Shown: positions 9,924-18,925 of the stretch, piece after piece
Position numbering within the stretch: position 1 is the stretch's first letter
Layout: every line of letters starts with the position of its first letter
DNA from: Blochmannia endosymbiont of Camponotus modoc
Lineage (GTDB): Bacteria; Pseudomonadota; Gammaproteobacteria; Enterobacterales; Enterobacteriaceae
DNA: 32,000 bases
Assembly: GCF_023585785.1 (NCBI RefSeq)
Contig: NZ_CP097765.1
Span: 180,001 to 212,000, forward strand
Direction: 5' to 3'
Notes under the pieces: model-generated
Database searches by the model: none
Seen by the model: only the letters and a program-made list of their open reading frames with translations
Told to the model about the DNA's origin: nothing
Translations under genes and position numbers: made by a program

Positions 9924-10451
9924 ATGAAATCAGCGTTAGTAGGTATTTTTTTTAGTAGTGATACAGGTAATACTGAAAAACTTGCTAAAATGATTCAAGC
10001 ACAGTTAGGAAAGGATATCGCAGATGTTTTTGATATAGCTATGAGCTCTAAAGAAGATATAGAAAATTATGATAATGTACTATTTGGAATTCCTACTTGG
10101 TATTATGGAGAACCCCAATGTGATTGGGATATTTTTTTACCTGTACTAAGAAATATTGATTTTTCTGGAAAAAAAGTAGCAATTTTTGGATGTGGAGATC
10201 AAGAAGATTATTCAGAATATTTTTGTGATGCAATGAGCATTTTATACGATATTATTTTGAAAAACGGAGCTGTTGTTACAGGATTATGGCCTGCGTCTGG
10301 TTATCATTTCGATACTTCAAAAAGTTTAATTGATACGGATAAGTTTGTGGGATTAGCTATTGATGAAGATCGCCAACCTGAAATGACTGAAATTCGTGTA
10401 CAACATTGGGTGAATCAAATTCGGAATGAGATGAATATTAACAACAAATAA
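9924..10451 (+). CDS. fldA: flavodoxin 1
   Basis: 175 aa. GIFFSSDTGNTEKLAKMIQAQLGKDIADV, GIPTWYYGEPQCDWD, FGCGDQEDYSEYFCDA and FVGLAIDEDRQPE closely match E. coli FldA. Confidence 0.96.
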   Translation: MKSALVGIFFSSDTGNTEKLAKMIQAQLGKDIADVFDIAMSSKEDIENYDNVLFGIPTWYYGEPQCDWDIFLPVLRNIDFSGKKVAIFGCGDQEDYSEYFCDAMSILYDIILKNGAVVTGLWPASGYHFDTSKSLIDTDKFVGLAIDEDRQPEMTEIRVQHWVNQIRNEMNINNK

Positions 10452-10637
10452 AATAATTATATTAATAACTGTACTGTACATACTATTAGGATTATTACGA
10501 ACTATCTTTGAGCATCATATATACGGGGTATGGTTAGTTTTATATAAGCGCGCTGTTATTATGTTTGTAGTATAGTTTATAGTTAATCAATAGAAAGATT
10601 AACCAAGTATAATTATGTAACAATTAAATGTATTTCT

Positions 10638-12299
10638 TTAGTAATTTTTAGATTCTTTTAGGGTTACAGTTCTGTTAAACACTAAATAAGATTTTTTAGA
10701 ATAATGGTGGTCTAGGATAAAATATCCTTCTCGTTCAATTTGATACGGACCAAAGCTATAGGAGTGAATGATATTTTCTTCAACAACTCCTTGAGAAATT
10801 ATTAAAGACTTAGGATTGATATTGGCAATCAAGTTGCTTGCAACAGAAGGATTGGGGTGAATAAATAGTTTATCATATAGACGAAATTCAGCTGATATAT
10901 TTCTTGTTGCTGATACCCAATGGATTACTCCGGTAATTTTTCTGCCATCTACTGGGTTTTTATGTAAAGTAAATGGATCGTAACTGCAGTAAATACAAAT
11001 GATATTTCCGTTTTTGTCTTTTTTGATACCCTCTGCTTTTATAACATAAGCGTATCTTAATCGTATCTCCTGTCCCAAGGTTAATTTATAGCATTTATTA
11101 TTATTTAACATTTCGCAAAAATCAAAACGATCAATAAAAATTTCTTTACTAAAAATGACAGGACGAACCCCCATATCAGAGTTATTAGGATGATTTGGCA
11201 TTTCTATTTTTTCTTCATATCCTACAGGTAAATTATTAATAATAATTTTTATTGGATTGATTACCGCCATAAGTCGTGGCGCATGTTTGTTTAAATCTGC
11301 ACGAATACATGACTCTAAAAGTGATAATTCTATTTGACTTTCTTGTTTACTAATGCCGATACGATGACAAAATTCGCGAATTGATCTGGCTGTATATCCT
11401 CTGCGTCGTAATCCAGAAATAGTAGGCATTCGAGGATCATCCCATCCATCAACTATGTTTTTTGTAACTAATATACTAAGTTTACGTTTAGATGTGATTA
11501 TATATTTTAAGTTAAGTCGAGAAAATTCATATTGAGTGGGGTGTGTATTTATATCAATATTATTTAATATCCAATTATATAAAATGCGATTCTCTTGGAA
11601 TTCTAAAGTACATAAAGAATGAGTAATACCTTCTATTGCATCTGAAATACAATGACTAAAATCGTACGTTGGATAAATACACCAATTTTTTCCAATGCGA
11701 TGATGTGGAGTGTATTTAATACGATATAATACCGGATCTCGCATCACCATAGAAGAAGAGCCCATATTAATTTTAGCGCGTAAACAGGCCTCACCTTCTA
11801 GAAAATCCCCATTTCGCATTTTAGAAAAATAAATCAAATTTTCTTTAATACTACGAGATCGGTATGGACTATTTTTACCAGAACGTGTTAATGTTCCCCG
11901 GTATTTTTTAATTTCATCTATGGATAATTCATCTACATATGCTAATCCCTTTTTAATTAATTTGATAGCATAGTCATACAATTTTTCAATATAATCGGAT
12001 GAATAATGTACATCTCCATGCCACATAAATCCAAGCCATTGAATGTCATATTTTATACCTTCAACATATTCTTTGTGTTCTTTTTCTGGATTGGTATCAT
12101 CAACTCGTAAATTGCATTGACCATGATAATATTGAGCAATACCAAAATTGAGGCAAATAGCTTTAGCATGTCCTATATGCAAATATCCATTAGGTTCTGG
12201 AGGAAATCGTGTGCGCACATCAGTATATTTCTTTGATTTCAAATCTTTATCAATAATATGGTTAATAAAATTAGGTCGATAATTCATAAGAATTTTCAT
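10638..12299 (-). CDS. glnS: glutaminyl-tRNA synthetase
   Basis: 553 aa. [45 protein letters not shown] (HIGH motif) and the ITSKRKL (MSK-type) motif are collinear with E. coli GlnS. AAGGA lies 6 nt upstream of the ATG. Confidence 0.97.
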   Translation of the reverse strand: MKILMNYRPNFINHIIDKDLKSKKYTDVRTRFPPEPNGYLHIGHAKAICLNFGIAQYYHGQCNLRVDDTNPEKEHKEYVEGIKYDIQWLGFMWHGDVHYSSDYIEKLYDYAIKLIKKGLAYVDELSIDEIKKYRGTLTRSGKNSPYRSRSIKENLIYFSKMRNGDFLEGEACLRAKINMGSSSMVMRDPVLYRIKYTPHHRIGKNWCIYPTYDFSHCISDAIEGITHSLCTLEFQENRILYNWILNNIDINTHPTQYEFSRLNLKYIITSKRKLSILVTKNIVDGWDDPRMPTISGLRRRGYTARSIREFCHRIGISKQESQIELSLLESCIRADLNKHAPRLMAVINPIKIIINNLPVGYEEKIEMPNHPNNSDMGVRPVIFSKEIFIDRFDFCEMLNNNKCYKLTLGQEIRLRYAYVIKAEGIKKDKNGNIICIYCSYDPFTLHKNPVDGRKITGVIHWVSATRNISAEFRLYDKLFIHPNPSVASNLIANINPKSLIISQGVVEENIIHSYSFGPYQIEREGYFILDHHYSKKSYLVFNRTVTLKESKNY

Positions 12300-13217
12300 T
12301 TTTTTATCCTTTTCTCAATATACATCATTGTTACTAATCCGTAGATAATATATCTTCATTTATTTAAATGATAATATTGAATTAAGATTATTACATAAAA
12401 ATATAAAAAATTTTTAAAGAATATCATTCTATATAACAATTATAACATGCACTTACATAATATGTTGATAAGTACATTAATTAAGATTTGAAAATATTTA
12501 ACAGCGTTTGTAATTGTTATTTTGAATGTAGATATATTCCGCGGAATAACCGTAATATAAATCAAGTAATAATAGATTCTATTTTTATAATTACGATGCC
12601 ATATTTTACATATGCAAACCAATATAGATTGGCATCTACATATTTTTTGTACAAACATTATAGTCATTGTAATTATTTTGTTTCAGATCAACAAGTAGGT
12701 AATTCTGTAGATTTTCATTGTTACTCAGCTTGAGAATAATATAAACGTTACTTTGCTGTTGTAAATTTTAGTACTTCTGTATAAAATATATTCGTGTTAG
12801 TTTTATTGCGAGCAAAATAACGTTTTTTGAAATAAATTAATCGTAGATCTTTATTTAAAGACGGTTGTAATGCGCAGGAATATGTAATTTTTTATATAAA
12901 TTATACGGGATGTTTCCATAACGGAGACAAAGGCATGTATTTAAGTATTAAAATAATTTGCAAATAATCATACGTTGATATGCATAATTGTTCGATAACT
13001 ACTGGAGCACGTAAGGAACTAATTATCCAATGAAGTGTGTTTATGTCTATAATTTGTTATCATTACAGTACTGTGCTAATAAAATTATTATCTTTAATTT
13101 TAAAAAAGAGATTTCATCAGGTCCATAATTAACCATATATATAATTTATAGTGTTTTATTAGTTTTTAAATAATATAGGACGATTTATTATCAGCTCAAT
13201 TAAACAAGGATCTTTAT

Positions 13218-14021
13218 ATGAGAGTTATATTTTTAGATACCTCTGATCATGTTGCTCAATGGGTTGCGCACTACGTTGTTTGCTGTATTAATTCTTTTCA
13301 TCCTACCATCGACAATCCGTTTGTATTAGGTTTACCTACAGGAAGAACTCCAATAAAGACTTACGAAAATATTATAGCACTGCATCGGTCTAAGCAAATA
13401 AGTTTTAAATATGTAGTAATATTTACTATGGACGAATATCTTGGTTTATCTCATTCAGATTCAAAAAGTTATTATACTTTTATACATACAAATTTTATTG
13501 ATCATGTTGATATTCCTAAAGAAAATGTCCATTTTTTAAATGGAAATACCAATAATGTTAAAGATGAATGTAAACGATATGAAGAAAAAATAAAATTATA
13601 TGGGGGTATTCATTTGCTGATAGGAGGGGTTGGTAGTGATGGACATCTTGCTTTCAATGAACCTGGCTCTTCTTTAACATCGCGCACTAGAGTTAAAAAC
13701 TTAAGTAAAGAAACTCGTGCATCAAATGCTAAGTTTTTTGATAATAATATTGATTCTGTCCCTAAATTTGCGTTAACTATTGGCATTGCTACATTAATGG
13801 AGTCACGAGAAATAATAATAATAGCAACTGGAATAAATAAAGCAATGGCAGTACAAGCAGCAATTGAAGGCAACGTTAATCATATGTGGACTATTAGTTG
13901 TTTACAGTTGCATCCTAGATCAGTATTAGTATGCGATGAGCTATCAACTATGGAATTAAAAATGAAAACGGTTAAGTATTTTCAAGAACTAGAAATAAAT
14001 AATCAGACGATTATAATGTAA
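13218..14021 (+). CDS. nagB: glucosamine-6-phosphate deaminase
   Basis: 267 aa. [47 protein letters not shown] and [13 protein letters not shown] match E. coli NagB, including the catalytic Asp and His contexts. AAGGA lies upstream of the ATG. Confidence 0.96.
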   Translation: MRVIFLDTSDHVAQWVAHYVVCCINSFHPTIDNPFVLGLPTGRTPIKTYENIIALHRSKQISFKYVVIFTMDEYLGLSHSDSKSYYTFIHTNFIDHVDIPKENVHFLNGNTNNVKDECKRYEEKIKLYGGIHLLIGGVGSDGHLAFNEPGSSLTSRTRVKNLSKETRASNAKFFDNNIDSVPKFALTIGIATLMESREIIIIATGINKAMAVQAAIEGNVNHMWTISCLQLHPRSVLVCDELSTMELKMKTVKYFQELEINNQTIIM

Positions 14022-14031
14022 TTTCTAAAAT

Positions 14032-15192
14032 ATGTATGCTTTAATTAATAGTACAATATATACTGGTAAGGAAATTATTGACAATCATGCGCTTATCGTT
14101 TCTAAGAATGTTATTAAAGCTATTTGTTTGAATAGCGAGTTACCTAAAAACATAGATGTACATGATTTATCAGGGGCTTTGTTGACACCTGGATTTATAG
14201 ATTTGCAAATTAATGGATGCGGCGGCGTACAATTCAACGATCATATAAATGCAATATCAATATGTACGCTTGAGAAAATGCAGGTAACTAACCAATTTTC
14301 AGGGTGTACTAGTTTTCTTCCAACGTTGATTACTAGTGATAATGTTTTGATGCAACGAGCTGTTGATGTCATGCGTGTTTTTTTGTCTAAAAATAAAAAT
14401 CAGGCCTTAGGATTACATTTAGAAGGGCCATTCTTAAACTCTATAAAAAGAGGTATACATAACCCGATATTAATTCGTTTGCCGACAAAAGAGATGATAA
14501 GTTATCTGTGTGAGAATAGTGATGTCATCAGAAAAATAACTCTTGCTCCTGAACAATTAGATATGACATTTATTCAAAAATTGAAAAAATCAGGTATTTG
14601 TGTTGCAATTGGACATTCTAATGCTACTTATGAACAAGCACGATTTAGTTTTTCATACGGTGTTAGTTTTGGAACCCATTTATTTAATGCTATGCCTCCG
14701 TTAATTGCTCGTGAACCTGGTGTTATCGGAGCTATTTTTGATGTACCAGAAATATATTGCAGTGTTATAGCAGACGGTTTTCATGTTCATTGGGCTAATA
14801 TTAGATATGCTAAAAAAATTAAAGGAGATCGTTTAATTTTAGTAACTGATGCCACTAGTCCTGCGGGCTCTAATCTTATTAGATCCCGTTTTCTTTTTTC
14901 TAACAAAACTATATATCATCGTAATAACATATGTGTGGATAGTAAAGGCATACTTAGTGGATCGACTTTAACAATGATTCAAGCAATAAAAAACAGTGTT
15001 AAATATGCTGGAATACCGTTAGATGAAGCTGTGCGTATGGCTACCTTATATCCAGCCAAAGCTATCGGAATGGACCATTGTTTAGGTAGCCTAGAAGTAA
15101 ATAAGATTGCTAATTTAACCGTTTTTAATACAGACTATCAAATAAGAAAAACTATAGTTAACGGAAAAATAGTGAATACATCATTGTCATAA
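14032..15192 (+). CDS. nagA: N-acetylglucosamine-6-phosphate deacetylase
   Basis: 386 aa. The protein starts MYAL as in E. coli NagA. PGFIDLQINGCGGVQFND, ALGLHLEGPFLN, IGHSNAT, THLFNAMP, LVTDAT and LSGSTLTM are conserved. It lies 10 nt downstream of nagB. Confidence 0.96.
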   Translation: MYALINSTIYTGKEIIDNHALIVSKNVIKAICLNSELPKNIDVHDLSGALLTPGFIDLQINGCGGVQFNDHINAISICTLEKMQVTNQFSGCTSFLPTLITSDNVLMQRAVDVMRVFLSKNKNQALGLHLEGPFLNSIKRGIHNPILIRLPTKEMISYLCENSDVIRKITLAPEQLDMTFIQKLKKSGICVAIGHSNATYEQARFSFSYGVSFGTHLFNAMPPLIAREPGVIGAIFDVPEIYCSVIADGFHVHWANIRYAKKIKGDRLILVTDATSPAGSNLIRSRFLFSNKTIYHRNNICVDSKGILSGSTLTMIQAIKNSVKYAGIPLDEAVRMATLYPAKAIGMDHCLGSLEVNKIANLTVFNTDYQIRKTIVNGKIVNTSLS

Positions 15193-15367
15193 ATTCGACT
15201 ACATATAGACATATACTTAAATGAATGTTCATTCATGATGGGATGTTTTATCTCATTAATGATTTTTTGGTATTAAACTAGCATTTTAAATTTTTATTAC
15301 TATAAATTATGCGTTACCTTATTCATATATGAATAGGCTGAATTATTATGTGGAATAGCTTCATAAT

Positions 15368-15404
15368 GAATGTTTCTATACAGAAACATTCTATTTTTGT
15401 TTTT
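15368..15404 (+). terminator. candidate rho-independent terminator after nagBA
   Basis: A perfect 10-bp stem (15368-15377 gaatgtttct / 15382-15391 agaaacattc) with loop atac is followed by tatttttgttttt. It sits 176 nt downstream of the nagA stop, on the same strand. Confidence 0.5.
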
Positions 15405-15542
15405 AAATCAATTAAATTATGGTTATTTTTATATGGGCGTGTTCATAAAGTAAATCGTATAATTTTTTATAATTTTTTCAATAAAGTTATAAGTTTGTAT
15501 AATAACTAGAAATATACCCCATTTTATATACATAAAAGAAAG

Positions 15543-15572
15543 TTGACGGATATTTTATAATTGTTGCATAAT
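15543..15572 (+). promoter_or_regulatory. candidate sigma70 promoter of the tRNA operon (TTGACG - 18 nt - CATAAT)
   Basis: ttgacg at 15543-15548 and cataat at 15567-15572 are separated by an 18-nt spacer, about 64 nt upstream of tRNA-Met. A near-consensus -35 is uncommon in this AT-rich spacer. This is a by-eye call only. Confidence 0.35.
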
Positions 15573-15635
15573 GTAGTACAAGTTTATGTGTTTTGGTTCG
15601 CAATTGGAGCATAACACAGGACAATTAAATATATT

Positions 15636-15709
<74 letters not shown>

Positions 15710-15733
15710 TTTATATAATTAGATAAGCACAAC

Positions 15734-15815
15734 GCGGGAGTGGCGAAATAGGTAGACGCGTCAGAATTAGGATCTGATACTGAGAAGTATGCGAGTTCAA
15801 ATCTCGCCTCCCGCA
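15734..15815 (+). tRNA. leuW: tRNA-Leu (anticodon UAG), long variable arm
   Basis: 82 nt. GCGGGAGTGGCGAAATAGGTAGACGC...anticodon loop ATTAGGA...GCGAGTTCAAATCTCGCCTCCCGCA matches E. coli leuW. No CCA is encoded (the next bases are tgt). Confidence 0.95.
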
Positions 15816-15896
15816 TGTTGTCTATTTAAATGAGTATAGAAAAGAAATACATAAATAAATATAAAAATATACATGAGTAAGCATATTAATGATAAA

Positions 15897-15968
15897 TGGG
15901 GCATAGCCAAGCGGTAAGGCAGCGGGTTTTGATCCCGCCATTCCCAGGTTCGAATCCTGGTGCCCCAG
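15897..15968 (+). tRNA. glnU: tRNA-Gln (anticodon UUG)
   Basis: 72 nt. TGGGGCATAGCCAAGCGGTAAGGCAGCGGGTTTTGATCCCGCCATTCCCAGGTTCGAATCCTGGTGCCCCAG matches E. coli glnU/glnW. No CCA is encoded (the next bases are taa). Confidence 0.95.
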
Positions 15969-16029
15969 TAAATTTTCACATCATTATACTTAAATAACAA
16001 ATATAAAATGTTGCGCGTTTAAAGTCTAT

Positions 16030-16065
16030 ATTATTTATCTTTAATGATTATTAAAGATAAATAAT
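16030..16065. repeat. perfect 16-bp inverted repeat (stem-loop, loop gatt) between the tRNA operon and the 3' end of ubiF
   Basis: Positions 16030-16045 (attatttatctttaat) pair perfectly with 16050-16065 (attaaagataaataat). Only one pair is G:C. There is no clean U tract on either strand. It lies between the convergent tRNA-Gln and ubiF transcription units. Confidence 0.6.
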
Positions 16066-16211
16066 TAAAATATATTTAATCGGGAAATATTTTTGCATAT
16101 ATAATGTCATTGTAGTAATATAAGTATAAACATTTATTTTTATGATTACATTCGAAATAGATTTAGAATCTCGCTATATTTGATACAATATCGCAATATT
16201 GTAATATGTTC

Positions 16212-17382
16212 TTATATACCTAAAGCATATTTTAATACTTTTCTTTTTAGATACAAGGAGCGCTCAACTGCCATAAATGCAATGTTCCTAGCTATTTTTA
16301 GCGGCAAGTAATTATTATGAAAAACAACGTATAACCAATCTATGCATGATTGCATGATGAAAGAGTCATATTTACGGCTTTTTTGATAGGATATCAACAC
16401 TTCTGAAATACTCGAATACTCGTCAAAAACACGTGAATTAATTAGTAATTGTGATAAACTCATGACATCACGAAGTCCTAGATTTATTCCTTGCCCTGCT
16501 AAAGGATGCAGAGAATGTGCAGCATCTCCAACTAATGCCCCTCCTGAAGTTATGTAGTTGTATGCACATTGACGAATCAATGGAACTACAGTCATATTGT
16601 GTAACTTAACACTACCTAATTGTTTTTGAAAATTATTCTCGATTTCTTTTTCCAACATTGCTACAGATAATTGTTGTAATTCACGAATACGCTCAGGAGT
16701 ATTGTACCACATTAATGATCCCCAATGATTATGTAGCGGTAAAAATCCTATAGGACCATAAGGAGTAAATATTTGCCAAATTGTTCCACTTTTACATTTG
16801 TCTGTTTTAATGGTGAGCAACATACAAAATTGACGATATTTCCAGCCAATTATCCCAATTCCTAATATTTTTCGAACTTGAGAATAAATTCCATCAGCTC
16901 CTATTAATAAACGACTAATAACTACGACACCATTATCAAGAATACATCGCCAACAAAAACCGTCATAATGTGTGGATACTAATATAGATGGGCAATATAA
17001 TGTTATTGTTTTGAAGTTTACGAAATCTTCCCAAAGTGCTGATTGTAGCCGATTGTTTTCGATAATGCACCCCATTGTGGATACCCCTGCAGACATGGCA
17101 TTAAAAATTACTTTTGATGATGGACATTCCCATACTTCTAGGCAGTGATATGGAGTGCAAAAATTGGAAGGAATTTTTTTCCATATATTAATTTGTTTTA
17201 AGAATTCTATTGAAGCATAATTAATAGCAGCAACTCGAATATGCGGTTTTTTTTTTCATTGGAACAGGATGTGTATGATCTACTATAATTACTTTAATAC
17301 CAGATTTAGAAAGACGTAATGCTAAAGATGCACCTATAATACCAGCGCCAAATATTAATACATCACAGAATAATTTACTCAT
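16212..17382 (-). pseudogene. ubiF: ubiquinone biosynthesis FAD-dependent hydroxylase UbiF, reading frame interrupted by one extra A in an A10 tract (possibly still expressed through slippage)
   Basis: The N-terminal piece starts at ATG 17382: MSKLFCDVLIFGAGIIGASLALRLSKSGIKVIIVDHTHPVPMKKK (Rossmann GxGxxG). It then reads TAYSSCCY and stops at TAA 17223-17221. The C-terminal piece, in another frame, runs from 17246 to 16212: PHIRVAAINYASIEFLKQINIW...GDAAHSLHPLAGQGINLGLRD...RKVLKYALGI. With A9 in place of A10 the two pieces fuse into a 389-aa protein collinear with E. coli UbiF (391 aa; ...QPDVRISAISAASVSLLKGLGVW...RQALKYALGL). The position next to the metT-leuW-gln tRNA cluster matches E. coli ubiF. 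Confidence 0.9.
17247..17256 (-). repeat. A10 homopolymer (T10 on the + strand) at the ubiF frameshift site
   Basis: Counted directly: there are ten consecutive t at 17247-17256, flanked by gg on the left and cat on the right. Confidence 0.95.
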
Positions 17383-17537
17383 AATATTTTATGATCTACA
17401 TAAAGGTTAATCTGTATATAAGTATATTTTTATATGATATTAAGATTTTATGCAAGCGAATATTAATTTATGAAGTAATCGAGCATATAACGTATAGGAA
17501 TTTCAAATTGAATAAATATTTAAAAATTTAAAGATTT

Positions 17538-17574
17538 AATTACAATCATATGTCCTTGACATATGATTGTAATT
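17538..17574. repeat. perfect 16-bp inverted repeat (stem-loop, loop ccttg) in the divergent ubiF/ybeZ spacer
   Basis: Positions 17538-17553 (aattacaatcatatgt) pair perfectly with 17559-17574 (acatatgattgtaatt), and a U-G wobble at 17537/17575 could extend the stem. On the + strand it is followed by gtttta. The loop and 3' arm contain ttgaca (17556-17561). Confidence 0.65.
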
Positions 17575-17824
17575 GTTTTAGCCTTCAGTATATTATTAAT
17601 TTAATTTTTTGTTTATATTTTTAATATATTATCATACTTATTATTGTTTATTTTTTAGAATTTAAAGCATGTATTTAAAAACGTGGATATGTTGAAAATT
17701 TTTCATCACTTATGATGATGGATTTTTTTATTTCTAAATAATGTTACATCTTACATTTAATATCTTGATTCAATGTAAGTGTTATTATCAATCGTTTTTA
17801 TTCTGATTAATTTAGGGGTAATTT

Positions 17825-18817
17825 TTGAATTTAAAAACTAAAGAAATTAGATTACAACCAGCAAATAATAAACGTTTGATCAGTCTATGTGGACCTTTTG
17901 ATGATAATTTGAAGCAATTAGAATCTCAATTGAATATTACTATCAATAGGCGTGATAATTTTTTTAGATTAATAGGAACATCAGTATCAGTTAATGCTGC
18001 TACTAATGCTTTGGTGTCTTTATATTCGGATACAGAGACTGAATATGGTGTGATTCACGACATTGATCCAAAGCAAGTATATTTGACTATTAAACAAATC
18101 CAGATATTACAAACTCAATATACATGTACAAAAACAATTCGTAATACTCTGATACAAATTGAAACAAAAAATGGGATAATAAAGCCTCGTACAAAAAACC
18201 AATCAAAATATATTTATAATATTTTTAATCATGATATCACTTTTGGAATAGGACCTGCAGGAACTGGAAAAACGTATCTAGCTATAGCTGCTGCGGTAGA
18301 TTTATTAGAGCGTAAAAAAAACAAACGTATTGTTTTAACTCGTCCTGCTATTGAAGCAGGAGAGAAATTAGGTTTTTTACCGGGTGATCTTAATCAGAAA
18401 TCTGATCCCTATGTGCGTCCATTATATGATGCTTTATTTAATATACTTGGGCGCGAAAGAGTAGAGCAATTGATACAAAAGAATACAATAGAAGTAGCTC
18501 CGTTAGCTTATATGCGCGGACGTACGTTAAATGATTCTGTCATTATTCTTGATGAAAGTCAAAATACAACTATTACTCAAATGAAGATGTTTTTAACCCG
18601 CATTGGATTTCATTCTACAGTAATTATTACTGGAGATATCACTCAAATTGATTTACCATCTAATCAATCATCTGGTTTAACACATGCTATTAAAGTTTTA
18701 CCAGTAATTAAAGACATTAGTTTTAATTTTTTTACTAAAGAAGATTCGGTACGTCATGCAATAGTAAGTCGCATAATAGATGCGTATGAAACATGGGATA
18801 ATAAAAAAGAATTTTAA
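17825..18817 (+). CDS. ybeZ: PhoH-like ATPase YbeZ
   Basis: 330 aa with a TTG start 8 nt after AGGGG. MNLKTKEIRLQPANNKRLISLCGPFDDNLKQLE matches E. coli MNIDTREITLEPADNARLLSLCGPFDDNIKQLE. The Walker A motif GPAGTGKTYLA, LTRPAIEAGEKLGFLPGDL and ILDESQNTT are conserved. Confidence 0.95.
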   Translation: MNLKTKEIRLQPANNKRLISLCGPFDDNLKQLESQLNITINRRDNFFRLIGTSVSVNAATNALVSLYSDTETEYGVIHDIDPKQVYLTIKQIQILQTQYTCTKTIRNTLIQIETKNGIIKPRTKNQSKYIYNIFNHDITFGIGPAGTGKTYLAIAAAVDLLERKKNKRIVLTRPAIEAGEKLGFLPGDLNQKSDPYVRPLYDALFNILGRERVEQLIQKNTIEVAPLAYMRGRTLNDSVIILDESQNTTITQMKMFLTRIGFHSTVIITGDITQIDLPSNQSSGLTHAIKVLPVIKDISFNFFTKEDSVRHAIVSRIIDAYETWDNKKEF

Positions 18818-18925
18818 ATATACATCAAAAGATATATAGATATACATGAGTGTAATTGTAAATTAAATTGTAAATAAGATAAATAATAACGATTAATAAT
18901 TATTATTATGATAAAGGATTAATAG

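Noticed and set aside
12535-12548. 14-bp perfect palindrome tattCCGCGGaata with a GC core in the nag spacer (considered as a NagC/Mlc-type operator)
   Set aside because: Perfect 14-bp palindromes are expected several times per 32 kb at this base composition. It lies about 680 bp from nagB, no nagC is present at the locus, and I cannot recall the operator consensus precisely enough to claim a match.
12440-12733. Two mutually overlapping ORFs on opposite strands (12440..12667 minus, 12488..12733 plus with a TTG start) in the glnS-nagB spacer
   Set aside because: They overlap each other antisense, are low complexity, and have no SD sequence or recognisable motifs. The region is more plausibly decayed nagE sequence.
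13610-13873. 87-aa minus-strand ORF
   Set aside because: It is antisense inside the well-conserved nagB coding region.
15321-15336. 16-bp palindrome tattcatatatgaata downstream of nagA
   Set aside because: As an RNA hairpin it gives only about 6 bp plus a 4-nt loop, with no U tract. The hairpin at 15368-15404 fits a terminator much better.
15797-16000. 67-aa minus-strand ORF
   Set aside because: It overlaps tRNA-Leu and tRNA-Gln on the opposite strand, so it is an artefact of the relatively GC-rich tRNA sequence.
18854-18875. Tandem direct repeat of aattgtaaat (period 12) in the ybeZ-ybeY spacer
   Set aside because: There are only two copies of a low-complexity 10-mer. This is consistent with slippage or chance, and no function can be inferred.
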